Positions 31,157-43,395 of a stretch of DNA of 64,000 nt are shown here, piece by piece. This stretch comes from a virus (Duplodnaviria; Caudoviricetes): the IMG/VR virus record IMGVR_UViG_3300024262_000013. One strand, given 5' to 3'. The notes below the pieces were generated by a model. That model was given only the letters and a program-made list of their open reading frames with translations. It searched no databases and was not told where the DNA came from. Position 1 is the first letter of the stretch. Each line of letters begins with the position of its first letter. The translations under genes were made by a program, and so were the position numbers.

Positions 31157-34120
31157 ATGGCAAATAACAACAATAATAAGTATTTCTATCCACCGGCACC
31201 ACCAAGTGCGGACGAATCATTTTCACCAGATTTGGTAGGTCTTCAAGTAGTTGCGGGTGGTGGGTTAACTCAGGGTAATTTTGAGTTTTCTACATCTATT
31301 GTTGAAAAAGTTAATAGAACATTTGAAACTGGTGTTTTTAGTAGTCCTATTTCATTAACAGATTTGGATGTTACGAGTATTGAAGAGTCGAAAGCGATAG
31401 CGATAAAGAATTATAGGGTTTACCCAAATTACGACATTAGTCAAGTTACTAATTACGCTCTTTACGGTTCATTACAAAAAAGACTTTCAGCTTCAATCAC
31501 AAAGATAATTAATTTCTTTCCTGCGTCGATACAAGTTAATAGATTGTCACTACCAACGTATTCAAGTGCTAATACCGCTAATAATATATCGTTCGATAGT
31601 ATTGAACAAGTAACAACATTTACGATGGACGTTACAAGATTCGATAACCCTTTTGATATTGACTACTCGGTGAATGCTGCACGTAATGTTTCTGTTAGAG
31701 CGTACCCAACAAGTCCTTTAAGAGATATGACCACTAACTATAACAAATATGCGTTATACGTTAATGATATGGAAACAGAATATCAGTTTGTTAATTTTAT
31801 AGCGTCACAAAATGTATCTGCGGGTACGGTTACTGTAAGCGTATTAGGCAACCCATTTAGTGGTCTAACAGCTACTACTGATACACTAATTTTAAGACCA
31901 AATACTTTCCAAACTGAATTTGCATTTCAAGAGTATTTTGATGAGGTTGAAGATTTTCTACTTAATAGATTTAGTAATCCTCCATATACCGCAACTTTTG
32001 ATTTAGTTGAGGAAAACGATAACGGTCAGTTCGTTAAAAGTAAGAAAAAAGTTACATGGCCTAAATTTGGGGTATGGAATTTAGATATATTAACAGTAAG
32101 GTTTGATAACTATCTTACACAGGTTAGTCAGATTGGTGAACTCATTGATAGATACAAAACAGATTTAATTGTTAGATTTTTAACTACCGGAGCATTTAAA
32201 GATTTCGATACTGGAGATAAAAAAGTAGAAAAAGTCTTACAGATTTACGGTAGAAGTTTTGATGAATCTAAAAAATTCATAGATGCGTTATCTTTTATGA
32301 ATTCGGTACACTATACTCCGCAAAACGATATACCATCTGAATTATTACAAAATTTAGCACAAACTTTAGGTTGGGACACAAATATATCACCAATTACTAA
32401 TGAAGATTTTTTAACATCTATTTTTGGTACAAAAAATAAGTCTATTTATTCTGGATTTCAAAATGACCCCACACCAAATCAGTTAAACTACCAATTCTAC
32501 AGGAATTTAATATTAAATTCCGCTTACCTCTTTAAATCTAAGGGTACCCGACATTCAATTGAGGCTATTCTGAGAATGGTGGGAGCACCTAAAGATTTGA
32601 TTGAATTTAATGAGATTGTTTATGTTGCCGATGGGCCGATAAATGTTAAAAGGTTTGAGGGTGAATTCTTAAAGTTTTCTGGAGGTACTAAAGTTGACGA
32701 TGTTCCCTCATTAGACCCTGCGGTTGTTTATAATATCCAAGGGGTGACGTACACTGGATTTACAACGTCTAAATATGTCACACAAACTAACACGGTTAGA
32801 GGTGATTACCCTATGAATGAGTATGGTTACCCAAAAAGAGCAATTACAAACAACGAATACTTTTTTGAAAAAGGAGCGGGATGGTATATCGAGACTCCGG
32901 ACCATAGAGCCGTAGAAAAACTTGATATTACTAATTCAACATTTACAGGGGCGAATCCTAGTATTCAAACATCTTTAGAGACTTTCACTTATGGTCAAAA
33001 ATATTTTGATAGGTTCAGGAAATTTCCATTTATGGATGTTGGTTTTGGTTTAACTAGAACTATCGATAATAATAAGTCTTGGGATGATACGGAAACGGGT
33101 ATAAGAAGAAACCGAGACGGAGCGTATAACGCGTATTATGAGGTTTTTGATGAAAAATTAGTGCTTAACGCCAAAAATGTAGAAATATATTTAAATATGG
33201 CTCAAGGTATAACCTACGATATATGGAGAATGTCGAGAAGATATGATTATCCTTTTCCTTCTTCAGGTTTAACGTCACCTTATCCGTCACCTGGTGGTCA
33301 GGATTGGACAGTAATTAATCCACTTCCTAAAGAAAAGACATTTTTTGAGTTTGCTCAGACTTTTTATAATACATTAATTAATGTAAGAAATAGGCAGACA
33401 ATTAGTGATGGTGCAGTTAATAGTTATCCGACATTACAATCAATATATTGGAAATATTTACAATCAGACTCCGCAGTTAACATACCGTCTAATCAATATA
33501 CGTATCAAAAAATGATTGATTTTACTTTAGGTATTGGGGATTATTGGACGAAACTAATTGAACAAATGATTCCGGCGTCTACGATATGGATGGGTGGTCA
33601 AAAAATGGTTAATAATGTCCTACAAAGACAAAAACATGTATGGAGAAGGCAAAGAGGTTGTGAGATAATACCTATCGATTGTATCCCCTGTATATATTAT
33701 GGTCAATTATTTAGGGATGACTGCATTGACCAAACACTAACATGTGATGTTAATATCTCTTCGATGCCGACATTACTAACTAATAGTGTTAATCAATGTG
33801 TTGCGAAGTCAGGATACACAGTTAATGATTGTATTCAATCTTCATTGACGAGTACGTGGTATGTAGATGTAAGGTTAGATTCGACCATTTTAGTCCAAGA
33901 AATTTTCTATATAGGTTATGGAATGCAAGATTACCCAACATTTATTGAATGGATTAATGCATTGAATAGTAAGTTACAGTATTTATATCAAAGTGGTTTA
34001 AATTATAGTATAGATAGTAATAATATTTTAACAGTCAGTAATACTGGGTGTAATGATGATTTTACCAATAAAACTTTAACAGTTAATGTTGGAGTAAACA
34101 TAGAAATTAATTGTAGTTAA
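31157..34120 (+). CDS. Baseplate wedge protein, T4 gp7/P2 gpI-like
   Basis: LLQNLAQTLGW...FYRNLILNSAYLFKSKGTRHSIEAILRMVG matches the P2 gpI/gp7 pattern. Confidence 0.75.
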   Translation: MANNNNNKYFYPPAPPSADESFSPDLVGLQVVAGGGLTQGNFEFSTSIVEKVNRTFETGVFSSPISLTDLDVTSIEESKAIAIKNYRVYPNYDISQVTNYALYGSLQKRLSASITKIINFFPASIQVNRLSLPTYSSANTANNISFDSIEQVTTFTMDVTRFDNPFDIDYSVNAARNVSVRAYPTSPLRDMTTNYNKYALYVNDMETEYQFVNFIASQNVSAGTVTVSVLGNPFSGLTATTDTLILRPNTFQTEFAFQEYFDEVEDFLLNRFSNPPYTATFDLVEENDNGQFVKSKKKVTWPKFGVWNLDILTVRFDNYLTQVSQIGELIDRYKTDLIVRFLTTGAFKDFDTGDKKVEKVLQIYGRSFDESKKFIDALSFMNSVHYTPQNDIPSELLQNLAQTLGWDTNISPITNEDFLTSIFGTKNKSIYSGFQNDPTPNQLNYQFYRNLILNSAYLFKSKGTRHSIEAILRMVGAPKDLIEFNEIVYVADGPINVKRFEGEFLKFSGGTKVDDVPSLDPAVVYNIQGVTYTGFTTSKYVTQTNTVRGDYPMNEYGYPKRAITNNEYFFEKGAGWYIETPDHRAVEKLDITNSTFTGANPSIQTSLETFTYGQKYFDRFRKFPFMDVGFGLTRTIDNNKSWDDTETGIRRNRDGAYNAYYEVFDEKLVLNAKNVEIYLNMAQGITYDIWRMSRRYDYPFPSSGLTSPYPSPGGQDWTVINPLPKEKTFFEFAQTFYNTLINVRNRQTISDGAVNSYPTLQSIYWKYLQSDSAVNIPSNQYTYQKMIDFTLGIGDYWTKLIEQMIPASTIWMGGQKMVNNVLQRQKHVWRRQRGCEIIPIDCIPCIYYGQLFRDDCIDQTLTCDVNISSMPTLLTNSVNQCVAKSGYTVNDCIQSSLTSTWYVDVRLDSTILVQEIFYIGYGMQDYPTFIEWINALNSKLQYLYQSGLNYSIDSNNILTVSNTGCNDDFTNKTLTVNVGVNIEINCS

Positions 34121-37100
34121 TGGCGTTTCAGTATTTTCAATTACAACAGGCCTCATCGGTCTCTTCTCCGATAACCGGAGATACAATCACATTAAGGTGG
34201 GATGACACTATAGTTCCTGCGGGGAATACTCAGGCCAGTACTTTAAGTCTTTTAGGCTTATTTCCAAACTCAACATGGAAATTTAGGTCACGTATATGGA
34301 CAGTTGTCTCTTTAGGTTCATCACCAATATCTTTTGATACCGAAATACTATCTGGCGAATTATGGGTATTAGATTTAACTGCGGGTAGGACAGTTTGGGT
34401 TGGAAACACTTTCGATATTAATACTACGTTTTTTGCTCAAAATTATATAGAAATTGAAACGGGTACAGGAACGACCGTTTACTCGCCTAGATACTATACC
34501 TCATTCTATAGTGCAAATACATTCAATAACCAATTATTGGTAATAGGTTCAGATACTAATCGATATGACCCCATTTATTTACTTAGTTTAGAGGATTATA
34601 ACCATATAACTAATCAAGGTGTTGTTAACTACGATTTTGATACTGCAACGTCTGTTACTTCAGATATTAGTCCGGCGGTATCTACTTTAATACCATATAC
34701 TGCAACATCAGCTAGAAACTATTTTAATGGGTTGTATGATGGATGGGTTACGGCTTCTGATGATTGTTATGGTAATGTGTTTACCTCGAATACACTGGTC
34801 ATTAAATATCCTGGGGATATGCATGATAGGGATGAGTCGTACTCATCGAAATGGGGTGGACCTTGTTTAAGAGTTAATAGTGCTCAATCACCGTACAGTG
34901 GTAGTGTCACAAATTATCCGGTGATTGTTGATTCGTGGTATACTGATTGTGTTGACTGTGAAACAAGTAATTCTAATTTAAACGTTTATAAGTATAGTGC
35001 GGATACTACTTGTGAAGGTAATTCAGTTAGTTTAGCTAAATTTAGTGCTGACACAATAAGTTGGGGTAGTCCCTTAGGGATACACGCAACTAGTATTCCT
35101 GTTGATGGTAACTTTGTAAAGTTACAAAAACCATCGTGTTATGGAGGTGATAGTGGTCCAATAACTCAAATTTTGGTTTCTGAGTCAACTAACGAGGAAC
35201 TAACTTTAATTTTTGACACTTGCGATGACTGTACCGGTAACACTAACCCATCAGTATTACATTATTACTTTTCCGGATGTAATAATAGTGATGTTTATCG
35301 TGTTAATAGTATTGATTATGACGCGTTGTTGGTGACACCTCCCGTTTTACTTAATCTTTACTTACTTGAAAATTTTATAACAATACCTGATGGTTGTTAT
35401 AGTTATATCTCATCTGCGGTAACATATACTGACATTACTAATATATATGCTTCAGCTACCTCTACTGATGGTATTGCGACTTGCTCAGACTCGTTATGTC
35501 TTCCAGCATCTACCCCGACACCAACGCCAACAATGACTGTTACCCCAACACCAACAGTAACGATAACTAATACCGTTACACCTACTCTAACACCAACGAT
35601 TACACCAACTTTAACAACGACACCAACCTTAACTCCTACGATAACGGCAACACCATCTCCTAGTTCAGGGAAAGCTCCAGAATTAGCCGACAAATTAAAT
35701 AGTTGTGAGGTAATAAGCGAAAGTCAAAAAGTTTTTGTTTTTTACGATGCAACATCATTAGATGCGGCACAAGCTCAAGACGCTTCGGATTCTATACGTA
35801 CTTGGTATAACACGAAAGTAACTAACGGAGAGTTAAGTGCGAATAATTTATATGAGGGAGTTATTGGTGAAAATTCAAACAATGGTGAGAATTGGATGTG
35901 GTGGGCATCTTATCCGTATTTAGGTTCATTAAGTGGGGGTACGGTTAATGGAACTCAAATTAATGAGTTTAGTAGTCCGGTAACTAATTCAATTTATAAT
36001 AGTCAATGGTGTTGGAGTGGTAATACTAGTCTGTGTGTACCTAAACCATCAGAATTTAACGATGAATTGACGACTGGGGATATTTACCGAAGAATTAATA
36101 GGGGGTATATGTTAACAGGCTCCTATGGTATTAGCGATAGTAGAACTAATGGTGTACCATTTAGTCATAACGATTTAGACGGTTCCTCATCTACCGGTCC
36201 GGGTACGTTCTCAGGTCAAGAAAGTAATTATATATCAATTTTTATTATAGATGAGTCCGACAGTTATGTTGGTCTTTATACTGGTGAGTACGATAAAGCC
36301 GAACATATTTATACATTACCATTTAATTTAAGGGGTACATATTGGAATAGTAATTTAATAACACAATATACGGATAGATTTCAGTATGATTATGAATCGT
36401 ATTTACAAGTTTGGGATGAAATAAGACAAAGTGGTGGAACTATAAACGGTTTAGTTTATCCTGTAGTTACCTCTAATATGGGAGGCACACCGGCATTTGC
36501 TTTCCATTCAGTTGCGGCATCTCAGGGTGAAACTATTGACGCTTCGACTTTCTTATCAACTTACGGTGATAATATATTTCAGGTTGGACCACAGATTTTA
36601 AATTTCAGTGCGTTAACCACAACTAATGTTTATTCTGGTCTTACTGGAACAACCGCGTATCAAAATCTACCCGCCCAATACAAAAATGGTTCGGGACTTA
36701 AAAACTTTGGTATATTAAGTGACCCTACAGTTAGTAATTTCACGGTGGGAGTTGTAACACCATCTTTAGATAGTTTCTTACTTAATATACAAACACCATT
36801 AAACATCATTTATGTCCCTACCGGTGGAAGAAATACAAATGAAGTTTATAATCTATCAGGTGATTGTTATACGGTTGAAGAGGTTAATATTAATACCTCT
36901 CAACCACTTAGTAATGCCTCTAATCAAATAGGTCCCTTTACGAGTTGTAACGAATGTGAAACTACGGGATGTTTTTCAGGTGTAACTACTGGATTTTATA
37001 CGTATACTGATTGTTGTGGTGTTATACAACAAGGTAGTCAAGTTGGATTAAATGTCTGTGTTGATACTTCAGTGAGTTACTCGGAAGTTCGAATAACTAC

Positions 37101-40100
37101 TGATGCGTGTGTACAGGGGTGTGACGAAGGGCCATTAGACTATACTTTTGATGTTACAGGTACATGTGTTAGTGGTAGTGGAATTATAATTATTTCACCA
37201 TTATACGGCACTAAACCTTATACTATAACAAATACGTCAACAACTTCATCATCAGGTCTTCTATTACTTCCTCAAACGGGTAACGGACCCTTTACATTTA
37301 ATGGTGTAGATGAAGGTAATTATGTGTTTATATTATCAGATAGTTCTGGTGGTTCAAATCAAGATGTCACTATAAATGTAACTGTTGCTGGATGTTTTAC
37401 CGCTCAAATAATAGGTGTGTCAGGAACAACATGTGGTAACTTTAATTCCGGACAATTAACGGTTACGAGTAATTCCTTATCTTCGCCATATCAATACGAT
37501 TTATATAATAGTGTAGGTATTACACAATCAAACAATAGTTTATTACCTAGCCAAGGATTTATAGGGTTAATACCGGGTACCTATTATGCCATAGTTACTG
37601 ATTTCGGAGGTGCAACGGCACAAACAAATAACGCGGTAATAGTTAATACTTCGGTAATTAGTTATAATGTTGTTGTTGTTGATGACTCACCATGTGGCGT
37701 TGGAGTTGGTAGTGCCACGGTTACTGATATTACCGGAGGTACACCACCATATACGTATTTATGGTCAAATAATCAGACAGGTGTAACCACAACAGGGTTA
37801 GGTCAAGGTAATTGGTCAGTTAATGTGACGGACTCACTTGGATGTGTGGTTAGTGATTCATTTAACGTTGGTCTAGCTAGTCCATTAGGTGTTGTGTCAA
37901 CAATTCCAACCCAAGCCGATTGTTTCATATGTGATGGTCAAGTTAATATCACGATATCTGGAGGTAGTGCACCATATATTTTTCAAAACAGTAGTGGTCC
38001 TGTTGTAACCACTAATAATTTAAGTCAGGTATTTACAGGTTTATGTGGAGGGTTTAATAGTACCATAATCACAGATGCTGGTGGGTGTAGTATAACATCT
38101 ATTCAAAATATAACGTCAACTGCCGGATTTAACATTGTTAGTGTTAATACCACAAACTCTGACTGTAATAATGACGGGGATATATCTATACAGATTAGCG
38201 CCCCACAAGGGATATTCACTTATAGTGTAACTGACAGTAATGGTTCAGTACAGTCTATTAGTACGAGTTCCCAATCACACACTTTTAATAATTTACCTTC
38301 AGATACCTATACTGTTACTGTATCAACACAAAATGGTTCTTGTACTTATACTACTCAAGAAACCATAACTAATAATCCAAAATTCACTGTAGGTACTACG
38401 ATAGTTAGCGGGACTTGTGGTAATAATGGTGAGATTAATGTTACTTTAACTGCGGGTTCATTACCATTACAACTTCCATTTGATTATACATTAACTAACA
38501 TAAACACAAGTGCGGTTGTTTATTCGGTAATAGATGTTAATCTAACTACATTACAAATATCTAATTTAGTCCCATCGACATACCTTTTAGAAGTAACTGA
38601 CCGTTTAAATTGTACGGTATCGGAAACCATTACTATAGGTGCATCAACAGGTATGGATTTCTCTATCATGACAACTAACTGTGTTACGGGTAACGATGGT
38701 ACTGCAACTATATCTATCTTCCAAGGGTTAGCTCCTTTTGTTATTCAGTGGGACAATGGTGAAACTACCATGTCAATTAGTGGTTTAAGTGGTGGTACAT
38801 ATTCTGCGACCATAATAGATGCCAATGGTTGTGTCGATACTGATTCGGTAACAATTAACTGTAACAGTCAAAATGTTGAATGTTACGAATTAAACGAGAT
38901 TTGTGAGAATGACTTTATAACTACGTCAGCAGGTATTAGGGATTTTGAAACAATGTTAAATGAAGGGTTTAATGATTTAACCTCAGGACATACTGATTGT
39001 ACTTTAAATAGTGCGGTATTCTACGCGATAGTTGATTTTTCAGGGGGAGTGATAACTCCACCAATACATATCGAATACCCATTTTATACGGGAACAACAT
39101 TAAGTGAATACCCAAGTGCTCAACAATGGATGGATGCCGTTAACACTATACTTTTACTAATACCGCAAATTGAAAGCTTTACATTAGACATTAATAATAA
39201 TCAAATAACTATTATTTCTGACTGTGAAGAATTAAAGGGAGTGTACTTTAGGTTGAGTACTAAGATTATATATGACATAACGTGTATTGATATTCCGACA
39301 CCAACACCAACACCAACAAATACTTTAACGCCAACACCTACTCCGACACAAGCAGTGGTTGTAATTGATGATGAAACCGAAATTAATATATTCTTTGATG
39401 ATTCAGGTTCTATGAGTGGTACTGAAACGCCATTAAATACTATGGCGACTACTATTCTTAAAACATGTCTACTACCGTTTTACAACAATGACTCAGCACT
39501 ATATGATAGTAGAGTTAGAGTTTTAGAAATGGCGGCGGACGTGGGATTATTTGAGAGAGGATATGCATGTTTAGCGACAACCGGTACAACATCATCAATT
39601 ACTAAAGTTATTAACTTATCGTTCCAAGACGAGGCAAGTCCATATGGTGGGGCTGGCGGTTGGACTTTTTTAACACCGAGAACCTCTACCTTTAATACCG
39701 ACATAACAACTTTAAGGTCGAACATCGATAATAATCCAACTAATTATATTCTTGGTGAGTATTTCCAAGTTCAGACATCAACTTCCGGCATATTCGCTAA
39801 TTTTAAAGAATTATTACAGTCGGTTGAAGGTGGTTTAGGTCAATATACGGTACCTTTTGGGTTATCCGATAAAACCGAAATACATAATACGTATGATGTG
39901 ACACCTAGTTCCACACCACAATATTATATGGACCTAATAATTACAGCAATTAATAATTTAGGTTATAATGTACCACCATGTGGACCTTCACCAACCCCAA
40001 CCCCAACTCCTACACCGACACCAGCGGCGTCAACGTTAACTATTCAAACTAATGCTCAAGATTGTTCATTTGGTTCGATAACTATAACTAACGGTTCGTC

Positions 40101-40365
40101 AACAATATTTAATTATAGTAGAGTGTCGGGTACAGGCACATATGCTAATACTCAGAATATACCCTTACAAATTGGGGATGTAATATCAATCAATGGAACT
40201 AGTCAGATACCTACAGGTAGTAGATGTATTCAATATCCGACAACTAACTTAACTGTTACTGTTGATGGTGTTATACAAATAAATGTTGATAATGCGAGTG
40301 GAAATCACCAATTCACTGTCGCAACAACGAATCCGAATATTTTGATAGGGTATACGGTATCATAG
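34120..40365 (+). CDS. Multidomain adhesin-like virion protein (Cys-rich modules, PT linkers, two vWA-like domains, SprB-like repeats)
   Basis: GGTPPYTYLWSN...GLGQGNWSVNVTDSLGC-type repeats at ~37.1-38.9 kb. MIDAS-like FDDSGSM at ~39.4 kb, degenerate FYDATS at ~35.74 kb, and short PT tracts. Confidence 0.7.
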   Translation: MAFQYFQLQQASSVSSPITGDTITLRWDDTIVPAGNTQASTLSLLGLFPNSTWKFRSRIWTVVSLGSSPISFDTEILSGELWVLDLTAGRTVWVGNTFDINTTFFAQNYIEIETGTGTTVYSPRYYTSFYSANTFNNQLLVIGSDTNRYDPIYLLSLEDYNHITNQGVVNYDFDTATSVTSDISPAVSTLIPYTATSARNYFNGLYDGWVTASDDCYGNVFTSNTLVIKYPGDMHDRDESYSSKWGGPCLRVNSAQSPYSGSVTNYPVIVDSWYTDCVDCETSNSNLNVYKYSADTTCEGNSVSLAKFSADTISWGSPLGIHATSIPVDGNFVKLQKPSCYGGDSGPITQILVSESTNEELTLIFDTCDDCTGNTNPSVLHYYFSGCNNSDVYRVNSIDYDALLVTPPVLLNLYLLENFITIPDGCYSYISSAVTYTDITNIYASATSTDGIATCSDSLCLPASTPTPTPTMTVTPTPTVTITNTVTPTLTPTITPTLTTTPTLTPTITATPSPSSGKAPELADKLNSCEVISESQKVFVFYDATSLDAAQAQDASDSIRTWYNTKVTNGELSANNLYEGVIGENSNNGENWMWWASYPYLGSLSGGTVNGTQINEFSSPVTNSIYNSQWCWSGNTSLCVPKPSEFNDELTTGDIYRRINRGYMLTGSYGISDSRTNGVPFSHNDLDGSSSTGPGTFSGQESNYISIFIIDESDSYVGLYTGEYDKAEHIYTLPFNLRGTYWNSNLITQYTDRFQYDYESYLQVWDEIRQSGGTINGLVYPVVTSNMGGTPAFAFHSVAASQGETIDASTFLSTYGDNIFQVGPQILNFSALTTTNVYSGLTGTTAYQNLPAQYKNGSGLKNFGILSDPTVSNFTVGVVTPSLDSFLLNIQTPLNIIYVPTGGRNTNEVYNLSGDCYTVEEVNINTSQPLSNASNQIGPFTSCNECETTGCFSGVTTGFYTYTDCCGVIQQGSQVGLNVCVDTSVSYSEVRITTDACVQGCDEGPLDYTFDVTGTCVSGSGIIIISPLYGTKPYTITNTSTTSSSGLLLLPQTGNGPFTFNGVDEGNYVFILSDSSGGSNQDVTINVTVAGCFTAQIIGVSGTTCGNFNSGQLTVTSNSLSSPYQYDLYNSVGITQSNNSLLPSQGFIGLIPGTYYAIVTDFGGATAQTNNAVIVNTSVISYNVVVVDDSPCGVGVGSATVTDITGGTPPYTYLWSNNQTGVTTTGLGQGNWSVNVTDSLGCVVSDSFNVGLASPLGVVSTIPTQADCFICDGQVNITISGGSAPYIFQNSSGPVVTTNNLSQVFTGLCGGFNSTIITDAGGCSITSIQNITSTAGFNIVSVNTTNSDCNNDGDISIQISAPQGIFTYSVTDSNGSVQSISTSSQSHTFNNLPSDTYTVTVSTQNGSCTYTTQETITNNPKFTVGTTIVSGTCGNNGEINVTLTAGSLPLQLPFDYTLTNINTSAVVYSVIDVNLTTLQISNLVPSTYLLEVTDRLNCTVSETITIGASTGMDFSIMTTNCVTGNDGTATISIFQGLAPFVIQWDNGETTMSISGLSGGTYSATIIDANGCVDTDSVTINCNSQNVECYELNEICENDFITTSAGIRDFETMLNEGFNDLTSGHTDCTLNSAVFYAIVDFSGGVITPPIHIEYPFYTGTTLSEYPSAQQWMDAVNTILLLIPQIESFTLDINNNQITIISDCEELKGVYFRLSTKIIYDITCIDIPTPTPTPTNTLTPTPTPTQAVVVIDDETEINIFFDDSGSMSGTETPLNTMATTILKTCLLPFYNNDSALYDSRVRVLEMAADVGLFERGYACLATTGTTSSITKVINLSFQDEASPYGGAGGWTFLTPRTSTFNTDITTLRSNIDNNPTNYILGEYFQVQTSTSGIFANFKELLQSVEGGLGQYTVPFGLSDKTEIHNTYDVTPSSTPQYYMDLIITAINNLGYNVPPCGPSPTPTPTPTPTPAASTLTIQTNAQDCSFGSITITNGSSTIFNYSRVSGTGTYANTQNIPLQIGDVISINGTSQIPTGSRCIQYPTTNLTVTVDGVIQINVDNASGNHQFTVATTNPNILIGYTVS

Positions 40366-40450
40366 AAATGGGTGTTATATATATATAATAAGTTATAACT
40401 AAAAACCAAATAAAAAAGTAAATAGAAGATTGTATTTTACAATCTTGTAG

Positions 40451-40458
40451 TATTTATA
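40451..40458 (+). promoter_or_regulatory. TATTTATA motif
   Basis: Upstream of ATG 40477 and preceded by a 9-bp inverted repeat. Confidence 0.55.
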
Positions 40459-40476
40459 TAACAAACGTATTAATAA

Positions 40477-43308
40477 ATGTCTCAAGTAATAATAAGATTA
40501 ACCTTAAGTTCAAATGCAGTCGGACCATTCAGTATATATACGGGCTCTACCGCAACTACGCCGATTAAAACGGGTGTAACTAGAGACCAAATTATTGCGG
40601 GAGTTGTTTTAGACTTACCAGGTTCAGTTGCAGGTATTCAATACCTTATACTTGTAGTTAATAAACAAGTTGGTTGTAATAATGAAACTGTCTCTAAACA
40701 GGTAGTTGTTTACGAATCGGCAGTCACACCGACTGTTACTCCAACTCTTACTGTTACTCCAACTCTTACTCCAACAAATACAGTTACTCCAACAAACACT
40801 CCGACTCAGGCTCAGGCCACTCCAACGCCAACACAGACAGTAACGATGACTATGACAGTCACTCCAACAGTTACTACTACTCCAACAAACACTATTGATG
40901 TTACACCTACTAATACTCCAACTCAAACTGTGACGGTAACACCGACAGATACTCCAGGTGCTAGCCCAACAAGTACACCAACAAATACAGTAACTCCTAC
41001 AATTACTCCTACAGTAACATTAACGTCTACACCAACTAACACACCAACAGGAACACCATCAACTACTCCAGGTGTTACTCCAACTAACACACCAACAAAT
41101 ACAGTCACTAATACAGTAACTCCTACAATTACTGCAACGGTTACTAGTTCACCAACAGGTACGCCATCCGTTACTCCAACTAACACACCAACAGGAACAC
41201 CAGCAACTACTCCAGGGATAACACCAACAAATACACCAACTAATACTGTAACTCCATCAATAACTGCTGAAGTTACACCTTCAGTAACTGCAACAGTTAC
41301 ACCAACAGGTACACCATCTGTTACCGTTACTAACACACCAACAAATACAGTTACACCGACAGGTACACCATCTGTTACCGTAACTAATACTCCAACAAAT
41401 ACTGTAACTCCAACAGGTACACCATCAGTTACGGTAACTAATACGCCAACAAATACTGTAACTCCAACAGGTACACCATCAGTTACGGTAACTAATACGC
41501 CAACAGTTACTACTACACCGACAGATACTCCAGGTGCTAGCCCAACAGTGACACCAACAAATACTGCGACACCATCCGTTACGCCAACTAACACACCAAC
41601 TAACACACCAACTAACACAGTTACTCCAACAGGAACTGCTCAAGTAACTCCTACAATTACACCTACAAATACTGTAACACCAACTCAAACTGCTGTAGTA
41701 ACTCAAACTCCGACTCCAACCAATACGGTGACACCATCTGCCACTGCTGAGGTAACACCAACACCTTCGGTAACCACTACAATCACACCTACCGCTACTG
41801 CTGAAATTACCCCAACACCTTCGGTAACGACTACAGTTACTCCAACAGGAACCGCTCAAGTTACACCAACAATAACGCCGACAAATACAGTTACTCCAAC
41901 TAATACACCAACAGGTACTGCGTCAGTAACTCCGACTAATACTCCAACAAATACTGTAACTCCAACAGATACTCCATCTGTTACTCCAACAGGTACACCA
42001 TCAGTTACGGTAACTAATACGCCAACAGTTACTACTACACCGACAGATACTCCATCCGTTACACCAACAGGTACCGCGTCAGTAACTCCAACTAACACAC
42101 CAACTAATACTGTAACACCAACTAATACTCCAACTAACACAGTTACTCCAACAGGAACTGCTCAAGTAACACCAACGATAACGCCAACAAATACCGTTAC
42201 CCCAACAGGTACCGCTCAAGTAACACCAACTAATACACCAACTAATACTGTAACTCCAACAGGAACTGCTGCGGTAACATCAACTCCAAAACCAACTATT
42301 ACAATTACGCCAACTAATACTGTAACTCCAACAGTTACTCCAACTAATACTCCAACAGGAACTCCGGCGGTAACATCAACTCCAGAACCAACTAATACGG
42401 TCACTCCAACTAATACTCCAACAGGTACCGCTCAAGTAACACCAACTCCAGGACCAACTAATACGGTTACTCCGACTAATACTCCAACAGGTACGGCAGC
42501 GGTAACTCCGACAATTACGCCAACTAATACTGTAACTCCAACAGTTACACCAACTAATACACCAACAGGAACTGCGGCGGTAACATCAACACCAGAACCA
42601 ACTAATACGGTTACTCCGACTAATACTCCAACTAATACTTCAACGCCGACAAACACTCCAACCAACACCCCAACGACTACACCAACAAATACACCAACAA
42701 ATACACCAACTAATACTGTAACACCAACACCAACACCAACTCAAGGAGTAATACCTAAAGCTTTATTATTTATTATTGAAAGTACTAATAACAACGCATT
42801 TGCGACTTATATGAATAACCAAGGGTCAGGATTCTTTGGGTTTGGTTTCTCAACACCACCATCTACAGGTTCAGATATTGTAACATTTATGGATTGGCCA
42901 GGGTTCTATAACGGTACCGCACCTACTGTAATTGAGGCGGTTATACCTCAAACGTCAGGAGGGGTTGATTCCTTTGGTAATGCAATTACTCAATATAATT
43001 TTGAAACGACTGAAATACCTATAGGAACAGTTTCAGGAGCAGCTTGGTACTATTGGTTAATACCACAATCTCAGTTAGGATTAACATCTAATAGACAATT
43101 AGATATTGGTTATAATATTAATTCTGACCCTGGTGTACTCACTGCTAGGTCTCTGAGTCCATCAATATATAATTTAGCGGGTAATTATAGTGGAGTTAAT
43201 TGGGCGGCCGATACTTATAGAATGTATACTTCGTATGGTAATACCGCATTTAACATCCAGAATAATAATACTGATGATATATATTTTAAAGGTTTGACTG
43301 TCGGATAA
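40477..43308 (+). CDS. Mucin-like Thr/Pro-repeat protein
   Basis: ~80 aa N-terminal domain, ~670 aa of TPT(N/V/G)T repeats and a ~185 aa globular C-terminal domain. Confidence 0.8.
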   Translation: MSQVIIRLTLSSNAVGPFSIYTGSTATTPIKTGVTRDQIIAGVVLDLPGSVAGIQYLILVVNKQVGCNNETVSKQVVVYESAVTPTVTPTLTVTPTLTPTNTVTPTNTPTQAQATPTPTQTVTMTMTVTPTVTTTPTNTIDVTPTNTPTQTVTVTPTDTPGASPTSTPTNTVTPTITPTVTLTSTPTNTPTGTPSTTPGVTPTNTPTNTVTNTVTPTITATVTSSPTGTPSVTPTNTPTGTPATTPGITPTNTPTNTVTPSITAEVTPSVTATVTPTGTPSVTVTNTPTNTVTPTGTPSVTVTNTPTNTVTPTGTPSVTVTNTPTNTVTPTGTPSVTVTNTPTVTTTPTDTPGASPTVTPTNTATPSVTPTNTPTNTPTNTVTPTGTAQVTPTITPTNTVTPTQTAVVTQTPTPTNTVTPSATAEVTPTPSVTTTITPTATAEITPTPSVTTTVTPTGTAQVTPTITPTNTVTPTNTPTGTASVTPTNTPTNTVTPTDTPSVTPTGTPSVTVTNTPTVTTTPTDTPSVTPTGTASVTPTNTPTNTVTPTNTPTNTVTPTGTAQVTPTITPTNTVTPTGTAQVTPTNTPTNTVTPTGTAAVTSTPKPTITITPTNTVTPTVTPTNTPTGTPAVTSTPEPTNTVTPTNTPTGTAQVTPTPGPTNTVTPTNTPTGTAAVTPTITPTNTVTPTVTPTNTPTGTAAVTSTPEPTNTVTPTNTPTNTSTPTNTPTNTPTTTPTNTPTNTPTNTVTPTPTPTQGVIPKALLFIIESTNNNAFATYMNNQGSGFFGFGFSTPPSTGSDIVTFMDWPGFYNGTAPTVIEAVIPQTSGGVDSFGNAITQYNFETTEIPIGTVSGAAWYYWLIPQSQLGLTSNRQLDIGYNINSDPGVLTARSLSPSIYNLAGNYSGVNWAADTYRMYTSYGNTAFNIQNNNTDDIYFKGLTVG
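40727..42744 (+). repeat. Coding Thr/Pro repeat tract
   Basis: Includes a 54-bp-period tandem ([18 protein letters not shown], ~41.3-41.5 kb) and an exact 72-nt dispersed copy (41461-41532 = 41983-42054). Confidence 0.9.
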
Positions 43309-43350
43309 AAAATAAGAATTAAAAAAACAAATACTAAGGTGGTTTTAAAC

Positions 43351-43358
43351 TACTTATA
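43351..43358 (+). promoter_or_regulatory. TACTTATA variant of the promoter motif
   Basis: One mismatch to TATTTATA, upstream of ATG 43396. The same variant occurs at 60936. Confidence 0.35.
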
Positions 43359-43395
43359 GTAATAATAATAATAATAAAAATAATAAAGGTAACAA

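Noticed and set aside
14-34120. Bacterial extracellular contractile injection system or T6SS locus
   Set aside because: The baseplate genes are interleaved with T4-like SSB, RecA, DnaB and RNR genes and share a phage-type promoter motif, which indicates a phage genome.
40624-42668. Minus-strand Val/Gly-rich and Cys/Trp/Ser-rich ORFs here and at 35403-35693 and 56650-58683
   Set aside because: They are antisense shadows of ACN/CCN-rich Thr/Pro codons, have no promoter motifs, and lie fully inside larger + strand genes.
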